This document shows positions 28,943 to 39,055 of a stretch of 64,000 nt of DNA, piece by piece (position 1 is the stretch's first letter; the number at the start of each line of letters is the position of its first letter). Source of the stretch: an uncultured delta proteobacterium (lineage in GTDB: Bacteria; Desulfobacterota; RBG-13-43-22); contig CAWBOS010000012.1 of NCBI GenBank assembly GCA_963790475.1, forward strand, positions 160,001 to 224,000, written 5' to 3'. A program made the translations under genes and the position numbers. The notes under the pieces were generated by a model. It did not search any database. It was not told the origin of the DNA and worked only from the letters and a program-made list of their open reading frames with translations.

Positions 28943-30403
28943 CTATCGCCTTAGTTTGGCCTGGAATTCGTGGTAATCGATGAACCGGGCCATGGCCCGG
29001 GCGGCACTTTCCAGATTTGGATAAGCCGGAACGCCGGAGGTGACGAAATTCAAGCGTAATTGGGAGGCCCGGTCTGCGCAGTACAAGTCATTGCCGTAGA
29101 GGTCCATGGAAACCGCCAGCGGTTTGTTATAGGGATTGTTCCCGGCGAATTCGATCAGAAAATCATTGACCTCTCGCAGCCCCTTTTCTTGCCCCCCCTC
29201 AGGGCGTTCATCATCATCAAAAACATCCAGACCGCCTACCACCCGATCGACAATGGCCAGATCTATGGCCGGGTCAGCCAGGGCTATTTCCATTACCTGG
29301 CGATAAAGCTGAACCTCTCTTTGCACCATCCAGACATCGAGGGGGTTCCTGGTGCTGTTTCCGGCCAGGCGGATGAATTCGTTAAGTTCCTTCCTGGTTT
29401 TTTCGGAAAGGGGAGGTATCTCCAGTCCCTGGCGACCGCAAATGTCGGCAAAGGCCACCGAGTTACCACCGCCACCGGCAAGGAGCAGGGTTCGTTTTCC
29501 GCGGGGCGGCTTCAGATACAGGAAGGCCAGGACTACGTCAATGATCTCTTCCAGGGAGTTTACCCTGATCGCCCCGGTCTGTCTAAAAAAAGCCTCCCAA
29601 ATTTGATTATTACCGGCCAATGACCCGGTATGAGAGACAACGGCCCTTGAACCGGACTCGGTCAAGCCTGCTTTCCAGATGATGACCGGCTTGGTTCGGT
29701 TGATGTCTTTGATGAGCCGGGTAACCCGGTTACCCTCCTTGATCCCTTCCAGATAAATAGAAATGATGTGCGTATCCGGGTCCTGGTGTAGGTATTCGAG
29801 AAAATCCCCCACCTGGAGTCCGCAGGCGTTTCCAAAGCTGATTATTTTGCTGAAATAGACCCCCAGCGACTGGGCATAGGCGGTGAGTATTTCACCGTGG
29901 CCCCCGCTCTGGGAAAGGAAAGCGAGATGGCCTGTCCCGGCGGGCTTCACCCCCCAAGCCGCTAACTTACTGGCGGGCACATACAGCCCCATGCAGTTTG
30001 GTCCCACCACCCGCAGGTTGCCGCGCGCTATTATCTCCTTAATTTGTTGTTCAAGTTTTATGCCTTCTTCCTCTCCGGTTTCACCGAATCCGGAGCTGAA
30101 GATATGCACATTCTTTATGCCCACAGCAATACAGTCTTCCAGAACCTTCGGGACACCCGGCGCAGAGATGGCAATGATTACCAGATCGACCGTTTCAGGG
30201 ACGGATTGCAGGTTCGGATAAACCTTTAACCCCAATATCTCGGAGGCGTTAGGATTGATCGGGTAGATTTTTCCGGGAAACCCGATGTTACGAAGCCGCA
30301 ATAAAAAACTGGTTCCTCCCCACCCCTGTGGATTCGGTGAGGCGCCGACCAGGGCAATCGATTTCGGATAGAACATGGTATGTAATTCGTGACCTTCCAC
30401 CAT
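28943..30403 (-). CDS. NDP-forming acyl-CoA synthetase alpha-type subunit (CoA-binding)
   Basis: SIALVGAS, VGPNCMG, LSQSGG, SHTGSLAG, NPLD. Confidence 0.88.
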   Translation of the reverse strand: MVEGHELHTMFYPKSIALVGASPNPQGWGGTSFLLRLRNIGFPGKIYPINPNASEILGLKVYPNLQSVPETVDLVIIAISAPGVPKVLEDCIAVGIKNVHIFSSGFGETGEEEGIKLEQQIKEIIARGNLRVVGPNCMGLYVPASKLAAWGVKPAGTGHLAFLSQSGGHGEILTAYAQSLGVYFSKIISFGNACGLQVGDFLEYLHQDPDTHIISIYLEGIKEGNRVTRLIKDINRTKPVIIWKAGLTESGSRAVVSHTGSLAGNNQIWEAFFRQTGAIRVNSLEEIIDVVLAFLYLKPPRGKRTLLLAGGGGNSVAFADICGRQGLEIPPLSEKTRKELNEFIRLAGNSTRNPLDVWMVQREVQLYRQVMEIALADPAIDLAIVDRVVGGLDVFDDDERPEGGQEKGLREVNDFLIEFAGNNPYNKPLAVSMDLYGNDLYCADRASQLRLNFVTSGVPAYPNLESAARAMARFIDYHEFQAKLRR

Positions 30404-30550
30404 AGGAATAATCTCCTTAATATTCTTCCCTGCAAGTAAACATCACAAAAATAATTAAGGTTATTTTTATAACCCTTAAAAATGATATGTTCAATTCTTT
30501 TCTTCAGTTCGAAAATAACCTTAAATAACCTATAAGTTTGTTTGTTCTCC

Positions 30551-30630
30551 GTCATGCCGGGCTTGATCCGGCATCCAGGGGCTTTGATGCTATGGGAATA
30601 ACCTGGATTCCCGCCTCCGCGGGAATGACG
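30551..30630. repeat. REP-like palindrome pair (intact target-type copy)
   Basis: GTCATGCCGGGCTTGATCCGGCATCCAG ... CTGGATTCCCGCCTCCGCGGGAATGAC. Confidence 0.82.
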
Positions 30631-30825
30631 GCTTAACTCCTTGGTCTTAAAAAATTTTCATGCTTCGTAGTGGCTCAACGAGGCATGAGGGTTTAGTTCG
30701 AAAATTCCCCCCGGGACGCTTGCCTAAAAAGGCCGATTGACTTATAATGGCAGAAATGATTCCCTCTGACCAACACATGGGAACCAACTCTAAATTTCTT
30801 ACCCGATCACGTGCATTGGAGAACA

Positions 30826-32379
30826 ATGAGCGGATTAATTGTCAATACCACCTATGGAAAAGTTGGCGGGGCCAAGGAAAATGAAGTAATCTCTTTTAAA
30901 GGGATACCCTATGGTGCACCCACCGGAGGGAAAAACCGTTTCCGGTCGCCGCAGCCGCCGGCACCATGGTCCGGTGTGCGCCAGGCCTTGGAATTCGGGC
31001 CAATTTGCCCCCAAACCGGAAGACTGGTCAGTCCACCTCCCGGGGAGACCCAGGTATTGGGAATCAACCAAACTTATTCTTTGGGGGAGGATTGCCTGGT
31101 CCTGAATATTTGGACCCGGACCACCGGGGATATGGGAAAACGGCCGGTGATGGTCTGGCTGCACGGGGGAGGTTTTGCCAACGGCGCCGGCTCTGAACCA
31201 CTCACCCACGGCGCTGCCCTGGCCAAAAGAGGAAACGTGGTGGTGGTCACCCTCAACCATCGGCTGAACGCCTTCGGTTACCTTTATTTGGCCGAGATCG
31301 GCGGAGAAGCCTTTGCCGCTTCCGGGATGGCCGGTATGCTGGATATCGTCCTGGCCTTGCAGTGGGTCAGGGACAATATCGAGGCCTTCGGCGGCGACCC
31401 GGGCAACGTGACCATATTTGGTGAGTCCGGCGGAGGCCGGAAGGTCAGTATACTGATGGTCATGCCTTCGGCCAAAGGCCTGTTCCACAAGGCCATCGTC
31501 GAAAGCAGCCCGGGTTTGCGGGGCCGGACCCGTCAAGAGGCCACGGAACTGGCCGAACGACTGCTGGGCATTCTGGGGATCAAAGCCGATGAAATGGAGA
31601 AGTTGCAGGAGCTGCCCCCTGAGAGGATACTGGATGGTATAAGCCAACTTCCACCGCTGAAAAAGAGCTTGGGGCTCCTGGGTGAAGGCAGCGGTCAGAT
31701 CTTGCTCTTGGGTCCGGTAGTGGATGGACAATATCTGCCCTCTCATCCATTTGACCCGGTAGCCGCACCGACCATGGCCGATGTGCCCCTGATCATCGGC
31801 ACCAACCGGGATGAATCGGCTCTCTTCTTAGCCGCAGACCCAAGACGCCGCCGGCTTACCGAAGAGGAACTTCGCGAGCGACTGTCCCCCTTTCTCGGGG
31901 AAAGGACGGACCAGGTCATCAACGTTTACAGACGCTCAAGGCCAACGGCCACGCCCTGGGATTTGCTGATCGGGATTACCAGTGAAGACCGGAGATTGGG
32001 CTGCCTTCGTCTGGTGGAACGAAAAATGGCTGCCGGGGTGGCTCCGGTTTATATGTACCTGTTCCGGTGGGAATCCGATTACAAAGGGTATCTTTTCAAG
32101 GCTTGCCATGCCCTGGAAATTCCCTTCGTCTTCGATAACGCGGACTCCTTGCCCCTGACCGGCTCACGACCGGACCGCTATGAATTGGCGGCCATCATGA
32201 GCCAGTCCTGGGCAGCCTTTGCCTATAAAGGGGATCCCAGTCATCCGGGATTGCCAAAGTGGCCGGGTTACACGCTGAAAGACAGGGAGACGATGATTTT
32301 TGATATTCCCAGCTATACTGAGAAGGACCCCGCCCGACAAGAGCTTGAGGCCTGGACCGGCATGGAAGTAATTCCCTGA
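30826..32379 (+). CDS. Type-B carboxylesterase (paralogue of 13396-14940)
   Basis: [34 protein letters not shown]. Confidence 0.92.
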   Translation: MSGLIVNTTYGKVGGAKENEVISFKGIPYGAPTGGKNRFRSPQPPAPWSGVRQALEFGPICPQTGRLVSPPPGETQVLGINQTYSLGEDCLVLNIWTRTTGDMGKRPVMVWLHGGGFANGAGSEPLTHGAALAKRGNVVVVTLNHRLNAFGYLYLAEIGGEAFAASGMAGMLDIVLALQWVRDNIEAFGGDPGNVTIFGESGGGRKVSILMVMPSAKGLFHKAIVESSPGLRGRTRQEATELAERLLGILGIKADEMEKLQELPPERILDGISQLPPLKKSLGLLGEGSGQILLLGPVVDGQYLPSHPFDPVAAPTMADVPLIIGTNRDESALFLAADPRRRRLTEEELRERLSPFLGERTDQVINVYRRSRPTATPWDLLIGITSEDRRLGCLRLVERKMAAGVAPVYMYLFRWESDYKGYLFKACHALEIPFVFDNADSLPLTGSRPDRYELAAIMSQSWAAFAYKGDPSHPGLPKWPGYTLKDRETMIFDIPSYTEKDPARQELEAWTGMEVIP

Positions 32380-32576
32380 GCTCGGTCAAACAATTCTTAT
32401 TATGTCTTAAGGGCCCGGCGCTCCGGCTCCATGGATAGATAGTTTCCAATTTACTAAAGGCTAATTCTGGGAAGGTCATAGGAGAGCATTTGAGCTTTGG
32501 GTTGTCTTCCCATACCAATTATGCTATCATTGACCCATTGATTTAAGGGAAAAAATGATGCCCGTAGGAGGTTACT

Positions 32577-32861
32577 ATGGGGGTTGCAGTAAGAAAGCCA
32601 AAGATTCATCCCCATGTTTTTAGAATAAAAGATATTTGTGGCGGAAGAGATATCATAGCTGGAACAAGGATTCCCGTCTGGTCCATTATCAAATGGTACA
32701 AGCTGGGTCTATCAGTTGAAGAAGTAATGAGAGAGTTTCCTCAGCTAACACCTTCTCAGGTCCACGATGCCTTTTCTTATTACTATGATAATCCTAAAGA
32801 AATTGAAAAAGACATTGTGGAGAACGAAAATGAAGGTCTTCTGAGGGAGAGCATAGGTTGA
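32577..32861 (+). CDS. DUF433 antitoxin
   Basis: ICGG..IIAGTRIPV...EFPQLT..QVHDAFSYY. Confidence 0.88.
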   Translation: MGVAVRKPKIHPHVFRIKDICGGRDIIAGTRIPVWSIIKWYKLGLSVEEVMREFPQLTPSQVHDAFSYYYDNPKEIEKDIVENENEGLLRESIG

Positions 32862-33064
32862 TCAAACTTTACCTCGATGAAGATGTTCCCGAGGCCGTTG
32901 CTATGGCTTTGAAATTAAGAGGGTATGATGTCTTAACTACCAGAGAAGCTGATAAAAGGGGGCTTACCGATATTGCCCAACTGGAATATGCTTCTTCAGA
33001 AGAAAGAATTTTGATAACCCATAATATAGCCGATTTCTCTAAAAAGACTGAACGGACCAAATAG
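32858..33064 (+). pseudogene. DUF5615 PIN-like toxin, C-terminally truncated
   Basis: KLYLDEDV, GYDV, RILITHN.ADF; ends after 68 aa where a repeat block begins (about 33049). Confidence 0.75.
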
Positions 33065-33179
33065 ACAATAATTCCTTTGAGCCTTCTGCCTTGAACTTTC
33101 AGTTCTGAGATTTGGGTCTATAACATTGAACCTTGAACTTAGAACATAGAACTTATCCTTTTAGTTTTTTCTTTGAATT

Positions 33180-33254
33180 TTGTGAAGTTACATTCCCTTG
33201 CTTTTTAAGTAACTCCCCGGTCATTAGGCCGGTTGAAGTGATAGCTAAGCAAAC
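33180..33254 (+). repeat. ~75-bp direct repeat preceding defence/TA cassettes (copies at 35177-35250 and 38047-38123)
   Basis: TTGTGAAGTYA(A)CATTYCCTTGCTTTT.AAGTAA.T...GGCC.GTT.AA...ATAGCT.A.CA in all three copies. Confidence 0.8.
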
Positions 33255-33365
33255 AATTTTATTTCTTCGAACGAAAAATTTCCAAATTATGTTTAATAGG
33301 AAAATATTCCCCTTTTTCATTGGCTAATAAAATAGAATGATAAGAGAAAAGGTGGTATAATTGAA

Positions 33366-33650
33366 TTGAATATTCGTTATTATATCGATCAGGAAACAGG
33401 ACTCCCCCATATCTATGGACACGATGTTGAGGAAATTGAAGTGGAAGAAGTTCTTTCTAATCCGGGAGAAGATCGACCGGGTCGGGAGGGATCACGAGTT
33501 GCAGTTGGAAAGACATCAGACGGGCGTTTTCTTAGGGTGATTTATATTCCTGATCCAGAGCCAAGGAGTGTTTTTGTAATCACAGCATATGAACTTCGAG
33601 GCAAACCTTTAATCGCCTATCGTCGCCGTAGAAGGAGAAAGCAAAAATGA
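33366..33650 (+). CDS. BrnT/DUF4258-like toxin
   Basis: HIYGHDV...EVEEVL, GKTSDGRFLRVIY, FVITAYEL; TTG start. Confidence 0.75.
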   Translation: MNIRYYIDQETGLPHIYGHDVEEIEVEEVLSNPGEDRPGREGSRVAVGKTSDGRFLRVIYIPDPEPRSVFVITAYELRGKPLIAYRRRRRRKQK

Positions 33651-33847
33651 AAGCAAGTGGATTCCCACCAGGATGGGATGCTGAACGTGTGAAAAGGGTA
33701 TTAGCCCATTATGAATCCCAGTCTGAAGAGGAGGCTGTGGCTGAGGATGAGGCTGCATTCGAAGCTTTGGGACAGACCGTCATAGAAGTCCCAACAGAAA
33801 TTGTTCCGGCAATACGCGAGCTCATTGCAAAACACAAAGCAGCATGA
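33647..33847 (+). CDS. Putative cognate antitoxin
   Basis: 4-bp overlap with the toxin gene; small acidic protein FPPGWDAERV...EEEAVAEDE. Confidence 0.65.
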   Translation: MKASGFPPGWDAERVKRVLAHYESQSEEEAVAEDEAAFEALGQTVIEVPTEIVPAIRELIAKHKAA

Positions 33848-34177
33848 AATAGCCTATCAAGCGTCTGGAGTTATCCGTGCAAAAACGGCAATTCTGCCTT
33901 TTCGTTAAATAATAAGTATAAAAAAGGGAATAGATCGATAGGCTCATATAAAATTCGAATCGGCTAAGGAGAAAAATAAGTTGTTTTAGAACCAGCGTCC
34001 CATCCTATTACGCCTCCTGACTCCTAACTCGCCGAACGACGAACGCTCGACGCCTAACGTCCTTTCTCAAAACCCCTCCCGCCTCATTTCTCCCCTCACT
34101 TTGGTCTCTCCCCTATGATTTCGTCTCCGAACTCCGAACTTTTATAGCTTCCAGAAAAAAATCTTTCGAGAAATATA

Positions 34178-34206
34178 TTGACACTAAAGTGCCTTAGTGT
34201 TAAATT
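34178..34206 (+). promoter_or_regulatory. Sigma70 promoter with TA operator palindrome
   Basis: TTGACA-17-TAAATT; ACACTAA-AGTGCC-TTAGTGT perfect IR at 34181-34200. Confidence 0.7.
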
Positions 34207-34228
34207 TTACTTTAAAAGGAGACGAACC

Positions 34229-34507
34229 ATGAACCGTAATCAAACTTCCTCTGTCCGATTGAATATCTATCTTCCCGACAAGGCCACCCGACAGCGGATC
34301 AAGTTATTAGCCACCGAGCAGAATGTTACTCTTTCCCATTTTTGCCTTCGGGCCATCGAAGCCCAGCTTTCTGAGGCAGATAAAGAGAAACAAAGACCCC
34401 CATTAAGCAAGGCCGTGGATCGGGCACGGAAATTCCAACGACAGGCCTTCGGGGGACAGGTTTTTCAGGTCAATTCGGCTGATCTGATTCGCCAGTCTCG
34501 AAGGTAG
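34229..34507 (+). CDS. Putative RHH-type antitoxin
   Basis: AGGAG RBS; RLNIYLPD..RQRIKLLA....TLSHF ribbon-helix-helix-like; upstream of a PIN gene. Confidence 0.7.
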   Translation: MNRNQTSSVRLNIYLPDKATRQRIKLLATEQNVTLSHFCLRAIEAQLSEADKEKQRPPLSKAVDRARKFQRQAFGGQVFQVNSADLIRQSRR

Positions 34508-34516
34508 GAAAACCGA

Positions 34517-34951
34517 ATGGAACAAAACGTGGTTATCGATGCCAGTCTGGCCGTCATGTGGGCCGTCCCGGAAAACTATTCCGCACGGGCTCTCCTGTTG
34601 GCCGAAACTTGGGATGAAGAGGAGACTCGTCTCTTGGCGCCCTGTCTGCTGTTGACCGAGGTAACCAATGCCCTTTACAAAAGGATTATCCGGAAGGAAA
34701 TGGATTTGCCTAAAGTCCGAGAGGCCCTGGAGGTGATACTGGCTTTCGGAATTGAGATTCTCGATGAGGCCGGCCTCCATACCCTGGCCATCGAGGTTGC
34801 CCTGCAACTGGGACAACAGGCTACCTATGACGCCCATTACCTGGCTTTGGCCCTAATGTACGACTGCCCTCTCTGGACCGGGGACCGACGATTTTATAAC
34901 TCGGCCAGGAAATCATTTCCCCAGGTTCATTGGGTTGGGGAAGGAGGGTAA
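34517..34951 (+). CDS. vapC: VapC PIN-domain toxin
   Basis: VVIDASLAV.W, EVTNAL, YDAHYLALA, LWTGD. Confidence 0.9.
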   Translation: MEQNVVIDASLAVMWAVPENYSARALLLAETWDEEETRLLAPCLLLTEVTNALYKRIIRKEMDLPKVREALEVILAFGIEILDEAGLHTLAIEVALQLGQQATYDAHYLALALMYDCPLWTGDRRFYNSARKSFPQVHWVGEGG

Positions 34952-35306
34952 CCTATCAGCTATGAGCTCCTTTTTTTGCCTGTTCCGGCAAAAAAAGATT
35001 GACTTCCCCCCTTTCCCCCCTTTATTTTCTTTGTATTATCTTAGTGTTTTAAACTTTTAGGGCTAAATTTCCTATTTTTTACTAAATGACGAACGAATTT
35101 TTTCTCCAAATCCCTTTGAGCTATGAGCTATCAGCTTTGAGCTCTGATTTCCGCTATGAGCTTTGAGCTCCCCAAATTGTAAAGTCAACATTTCCTTGCT
35201 TTTGAAGTAAGTCCCCGACCAAACGGCCTGTTAAATGGATAGCTGAACAGATTTTTTTCAAAAATTAGTATTGAGTATTTTAAAGTGTTAGTTTATAATT
35301 CTCAAC

Positions 35307-36476
35307 ATGAAATATATTTCCAGACAGATAGAAACCGAGCTCACAAAGGCCTCAAAGAGTTTTTCTGCGGTTATTCTCACCGGACCTCGGAGGGCGGGGA
35401 AGACGACTCTACTTAGAAAACTCTTCCCCCAAGCGGCCTATTATCTGATTGAAGACCCTGATGTAATCGCCCGGCTGCAGAGCGATCCGCGTTCCTTTCT
35501 GGACGACATTCGCTGCCCGGCCATCCTGGATGAAATCCAGAACGTCCCTGAGTTGCTGAGTTATGTACGTTCCCGAATCGATCGTTCTCCGAACAAAAAG
35601 GGACAGTGGTTTTTAACCGGATCACAAGAAGCGCCGCTGATGAGAGGCGTTACGGAATCCTTGGCGGGCAGGGCCGCCCTTTTTACCCTTCTGCCGTTTT
35701 CCCAGCAGGAATCACCGAAGGTTTCGTTACTCAAAGGCGGGTTCCCGGAAGTCCTGGCACGCCCTTCGGCCGGGTCTATCTGGTTTCGCTCCTATGTCCA
35801 AACCTATCTCGAAAGGGATGTCCGATCGGTGACCTCCATCCGTAACCTTTCGACCTTCAGGCGATTCCTTGCACTGGTAGCCAGCCGTTGTGGGCAGATC
35901 TTAAACCGTACCGACCTGGCCGCTCCCTTGGGAGTTTCCGTTCCGACGATCTCTGATTGGCTGAATATCCTGGAGATAACCGGACAGATCATCTTAGTTC
36001 CGCCTTTTTTTGAGAATTTCGGGAAAAGGCTGATTAAGTCACCCAAATTGTACTTTGTGGATTCCGGCTTGGTCTGTCACCTGTTGGGGGTTGAATCAGA
36101 GAAGGGATTGGATCAATCCCCTTTTCTTGGGCCTCTTTTTGAAGGGTTTGTGGCTGCAGAGATACTCAAACAACAAATGGCCTCCGGACGACCCAGGGCA
36201 CTCTATTATTTCCGCGACCAGCAGGGATTGGAGGTCGATTTTATAGTTCCGGCCGGGGACCAGAGGCTTCTTTTTATTGAAACCAAGGCTTCCCGGACCG
36301 TTGTCCCGGCCATGGCCAAACCGATGGAACGCCTGGCCGAAGCAAAAACAAACTATAGGATAACTAAGGCCCTCATTCATCGCGAAGGTAGAGACCAGTT
36401 CCCAACCACGGCCTTAAAAAGCGGAGTGAAGGCCCTGCCGGTGAGTCGTTTGGGGTCTCTCCTGGATGGGAAGTGA
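35307..36476 (+). CDS. AAA_14 ATPase with DUF4143 nuclease-like domain
   Basis: LTGPRRAGKTT, ILDEIQ, LTGS, ESLAGR, GGFPE, KSPKLYFVDSG, EVDF..IETK. Confidence 0.92.
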   Translation: MKYISRQIETELTKASKSFSAVILTGPRRAGKTTLLRKLFPQAAYYLIEDPDVIARLQSDPRSFLDDIRCPAILDEIQNVPELLSYVRSRIDRSPNKKGQWFLTGSQEAPLMRGVTESLAGRAALFTLLPFSQQESPKVSLLKGGFPEVLARPSAGSIWFRSYVQTYLERDVRSVTSIRNLSTFRRFLALVASRCGQILNRTDLAAPLGVSVPTISDWLNILEITGQIILVPPFFENFGKRLIKSPKLYFVDSGLVCHLLGVESEKGLDQSPFLGPLFEGFVAAEILKQQMASGRPRALYYFRDQQGLEVDFIVPAGDQRLLFIETKASRTVVPAMAKPMERLAEAKTNYRITKALIHREGRDQFPTTALKSGVKALPVSRLGSLLDGK

Positions 36477-36740
36477 GCCGTCTTTCATAAAGAAGAACCC
36501 GTTGATTTGTCGATAATGCTCATCTCTTCCCCCATTATCTTAGGCATTTCAATTTTGAGATTTAAGCATCTTTTTATTCAGAAACCGTTGATTTGTTGAT
36601 AATGCGCAAAGGAGGGAAAAGGCAAAAAAATCTCTTTTATTTCGCTGGCCTTCATTGAGCAAGGTGGGGCATGCCTTCTTGGATAGATAAATGAATGACC
36701 CAAATTAGTTGTTTCTTTGGAAGAGATTCAAAGTCCTGGC

Positions 36741-37202
36741 CTATGCCTGGCCACGTTTACCGCTGACGGTTCTCTCCTTGTGCGGGATGGAGTATTTCTC
36801 CACAAACTCTTTTGGCGAAAGGATGGGGATACTTCTGTAAGTTTTCAAATTCAATAGATGCGGATCGCCGGAGACAACACACTCCACACTTTCATCCGCA
36901 GCACAAGCCAGTACAAAGTCATCATCACGGTCTGGACTAACCGCGTTTGGCGCAGGGACTCCCGGGGTGAGGATGGCAAATGCGCGTAGAAAGTCAAGGA
37001 GAATTTCGGAGTTTTCGGCGGCTTTAGGATATTTGCGAGTAATGTGTCGACGCAAAATGACCTTGCTGAATTCTTCAAGCAAGTGTGCGGATGTGACCAG
37101 TTTGATTTCTTGACGTTGGGCGGCATCCAAAATGGAAGCAGAATATCCAGAGGCAATGATCCCGCTGATCAAAACATTGGTATCAAGAACGACTTTTCGC
37201 AT
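36741..37202 (-). CDS. PIN-family putative toxin
   Basis: VVLDTNVLISG, DRDDDFVLACA, VSGDPHLL. Confidence 0.9.
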   Translation of the reverse strand: MRKVVLDTNVLISGIIASGYSASILDAAQRQEIKLVTSAHLLEEFSKVILRRHITRKYPKAAENSEILLDFLRAFAILTPGVPAPNAVSPDRDDDFVLACAADESVECVVSGDPHLLNLKTYRSIPILSPKEFVEKYSIPHKERTVSGKRGQA

Positions 37203-37440
37203 GACTCGTCTTGCGCACCTGGTGCGTTGCTTTGATTGCGTCTTTCATCACTTCTTCTTCGCTGACATGAATGTAGGTTTTGCGAATGGAATTGATCGAA
37301 GATGCGAATCTTAGGGCAATGGCAGGACGGTCGAGATCTTTATCCAAAAGGCGCCAGAGGGCTATTTTCTCCTGTGGCGGCAGTTGGCGCAGAGCCTTTT
37401 TAATTTGATCAAGCGGTAAATCCAATCGGAGGGTGTTCAT
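37183..37440 (-). CDS. Putative antitoxin
   Basis: Small ORF overlapping the PIN start, GGAG RBS. Confidence 0.6.
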   Translation of the reverse strand: MNTLRLDLPLDQIKKALRQLPPQEKIALWRLLDKDLDRPAIALRFASSINSIRKTYIHVSEEEVMKDAIKATHQVRKTSHAKSRS

Positions 37441-37639
37441 TTTCGGTCTCCTTCACGGCATCCAAGCATGTTACCCCGATTAATCAGGCTAAAAACTTTC
37501 AACGCGTTCAATTATTTCAAGACTTAGACAATAAGGTTCTTTATTAAAATAGTATAAGATAAGGAAAAGAAGTGGTCAAGGAGAAATCCAGTCGCCTCTT
37601 CTCCTTTTTTCTGGCTGGTCCGGTTAGTGCCTTTCGCCT

Positions 37640-38040
37640 CCTGCCTCTTGCCACTCCCCTTACTCTATCCCCCATGCCCTATGCGTCTTGGAGCCCCCTC
37701 ACCCCTCAAGCCTCGTGCCTCGTGCCTCATGCCTCATGCCTTTTATTCGCCGAACGACGAACACTCCTGCCGATCGCAGGCGCCAAACGTTTTTGCCTTT
37801 TTTCTTGACATTCCCCCTTTTCCCCTTTATTTTCTTTATATTATCTTGGGCTATTTGTTTAGGGCTTCTTTTAAACCCAATCAACCCGATCGACCAGATA
37901 GATTGAACGGACCAAATAGACCAAATAGACAATAATTCCTTTGAGCCCTCTGCCTTGAACTTTCAGTTCTGAGATTTGGGCCTTAAACATTGAACCTTGA
38001 ACTCTGAACCTTGAACCTTTTCCCTTTGAGCTTTGAGCTC
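37640..38040. repeat. Low-complexity 7- and 9-bp tandem repeats plus duplicated block shared with 33049-33140
   Basis: GCCTCRT x4, ACCAAATAG x2, TTGAACY x4, TTTGAGC; ~95-bp near-identical copy at 33049-33140. Confidence 0.75.
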
Positions 38041-38181
38041 CCCAAATTGTGAAGTTAACATTTCCTTGCTTTTGAAGTAAGTTATCCGGCTAAACGGCCC
38101 GTTGAAGTGATAGCTGAGCAAACCATCTCATACTTCCAGCTGCTAAGTGATAAATAGAGAAGGTCAAAACCTAAAGAATAA

Positions 38182-39044
38182 ATGGTTAAGGCTAGAAATT
38201 TGGAAACACCAATAAAAAATAAAGTTGGCCATACTTATACACGAGCAAAGGTCCCAATCCGTTACCCGGGAGGGAAACAGCGTTTTCTGGACCAGATTGT
38301 TGTCCACATGCCCAAGCCTGAGGAAATAGAAGGTCGCTTTGTGGAGCCATTTCTTGGAGGAGGGGCCGTTTTTTTTGCTATTCAGGCTAAACCCGCTATA
38401 CTAAATGACAAGAACCCAGATTTGATCGATCTATACCGCGGCATCCGCCATGCCCCTTTGATGGTTTGGAAGATGTTCTGCAGTATCCCCCCGACGAGGG
38501 TACCTACTATCAAGTGAGGCAAGAAGATACGAAGGGTTGGGGTGTAATTGACAAGGCAGCCCGAACGCTTTATCTGAATCGCACATGCTTCAAAGGAATG
38601 TGGCGGCAGAACTCACGTGGTATGTTTAACATCGGGTATGGAGGCCAGAGCAGGCGATGGGCTATCACGGAGGATGACCTCATCGCCGTGTCAAAGGCGC
38701 TACGAGGCACAACTCTGCATTGCACTGATTTCGAAGATATTGTCGACGACACGAAGCCAAATGACTTGCTTTTTGTAGACCCTCCATATCACCCCGGTCG
38801 GCGCGAATCCCGGGTGGAACACTATATGTTCTCCCAGTTTACGTTTGAATCCCACAGACGTCTTGCCTATTCATTGAAAAGAGCCACACGTCGGGGAGTT
38901 AAATGGGCGATGACGACATCATCACATCCGGATATAGTAGCCTTTCATAAAAAACAGCGTCAAATACCCTTCAAAGCGGGAGTGGGGGCAGCCCCAGGCA
39001 ACATAACGAGAGAAGCGGGCGAAGTTTTAATATTGAACTACTGA
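38182..39044 (+). CDS. Dam-like (D12 class) DNA adenine methyltransferase, frameshifted at the C-run near 38490
   Basis: RYPGGK, VEPFLGGGAVFF, YLNRTCFKG, FVDPPY, EVLILNY. Confidence 0.88.
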
Positions 39045-39055
39045 AGAGGTGGCAG

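Noticed and set aside
36497-36606. 21-bp direct repeat CCGTTGATTTGTYGATAATGC (two copies)
   Set aside because: Only two copies with no associated structure or gene; function cannot be supported
37572-37935. Short ORFs over the tandem-repeat spacer
   Set aside because: Translations mirror 7/9-bp repeats (PHASCL, PDRPDR); non-coding
33180-38123. CRISPR array interpretation of the recurring repeats
   Set aside because: Copies are about 75 bp, imperfect and kilobases apart; no regular spacers and no cas genes
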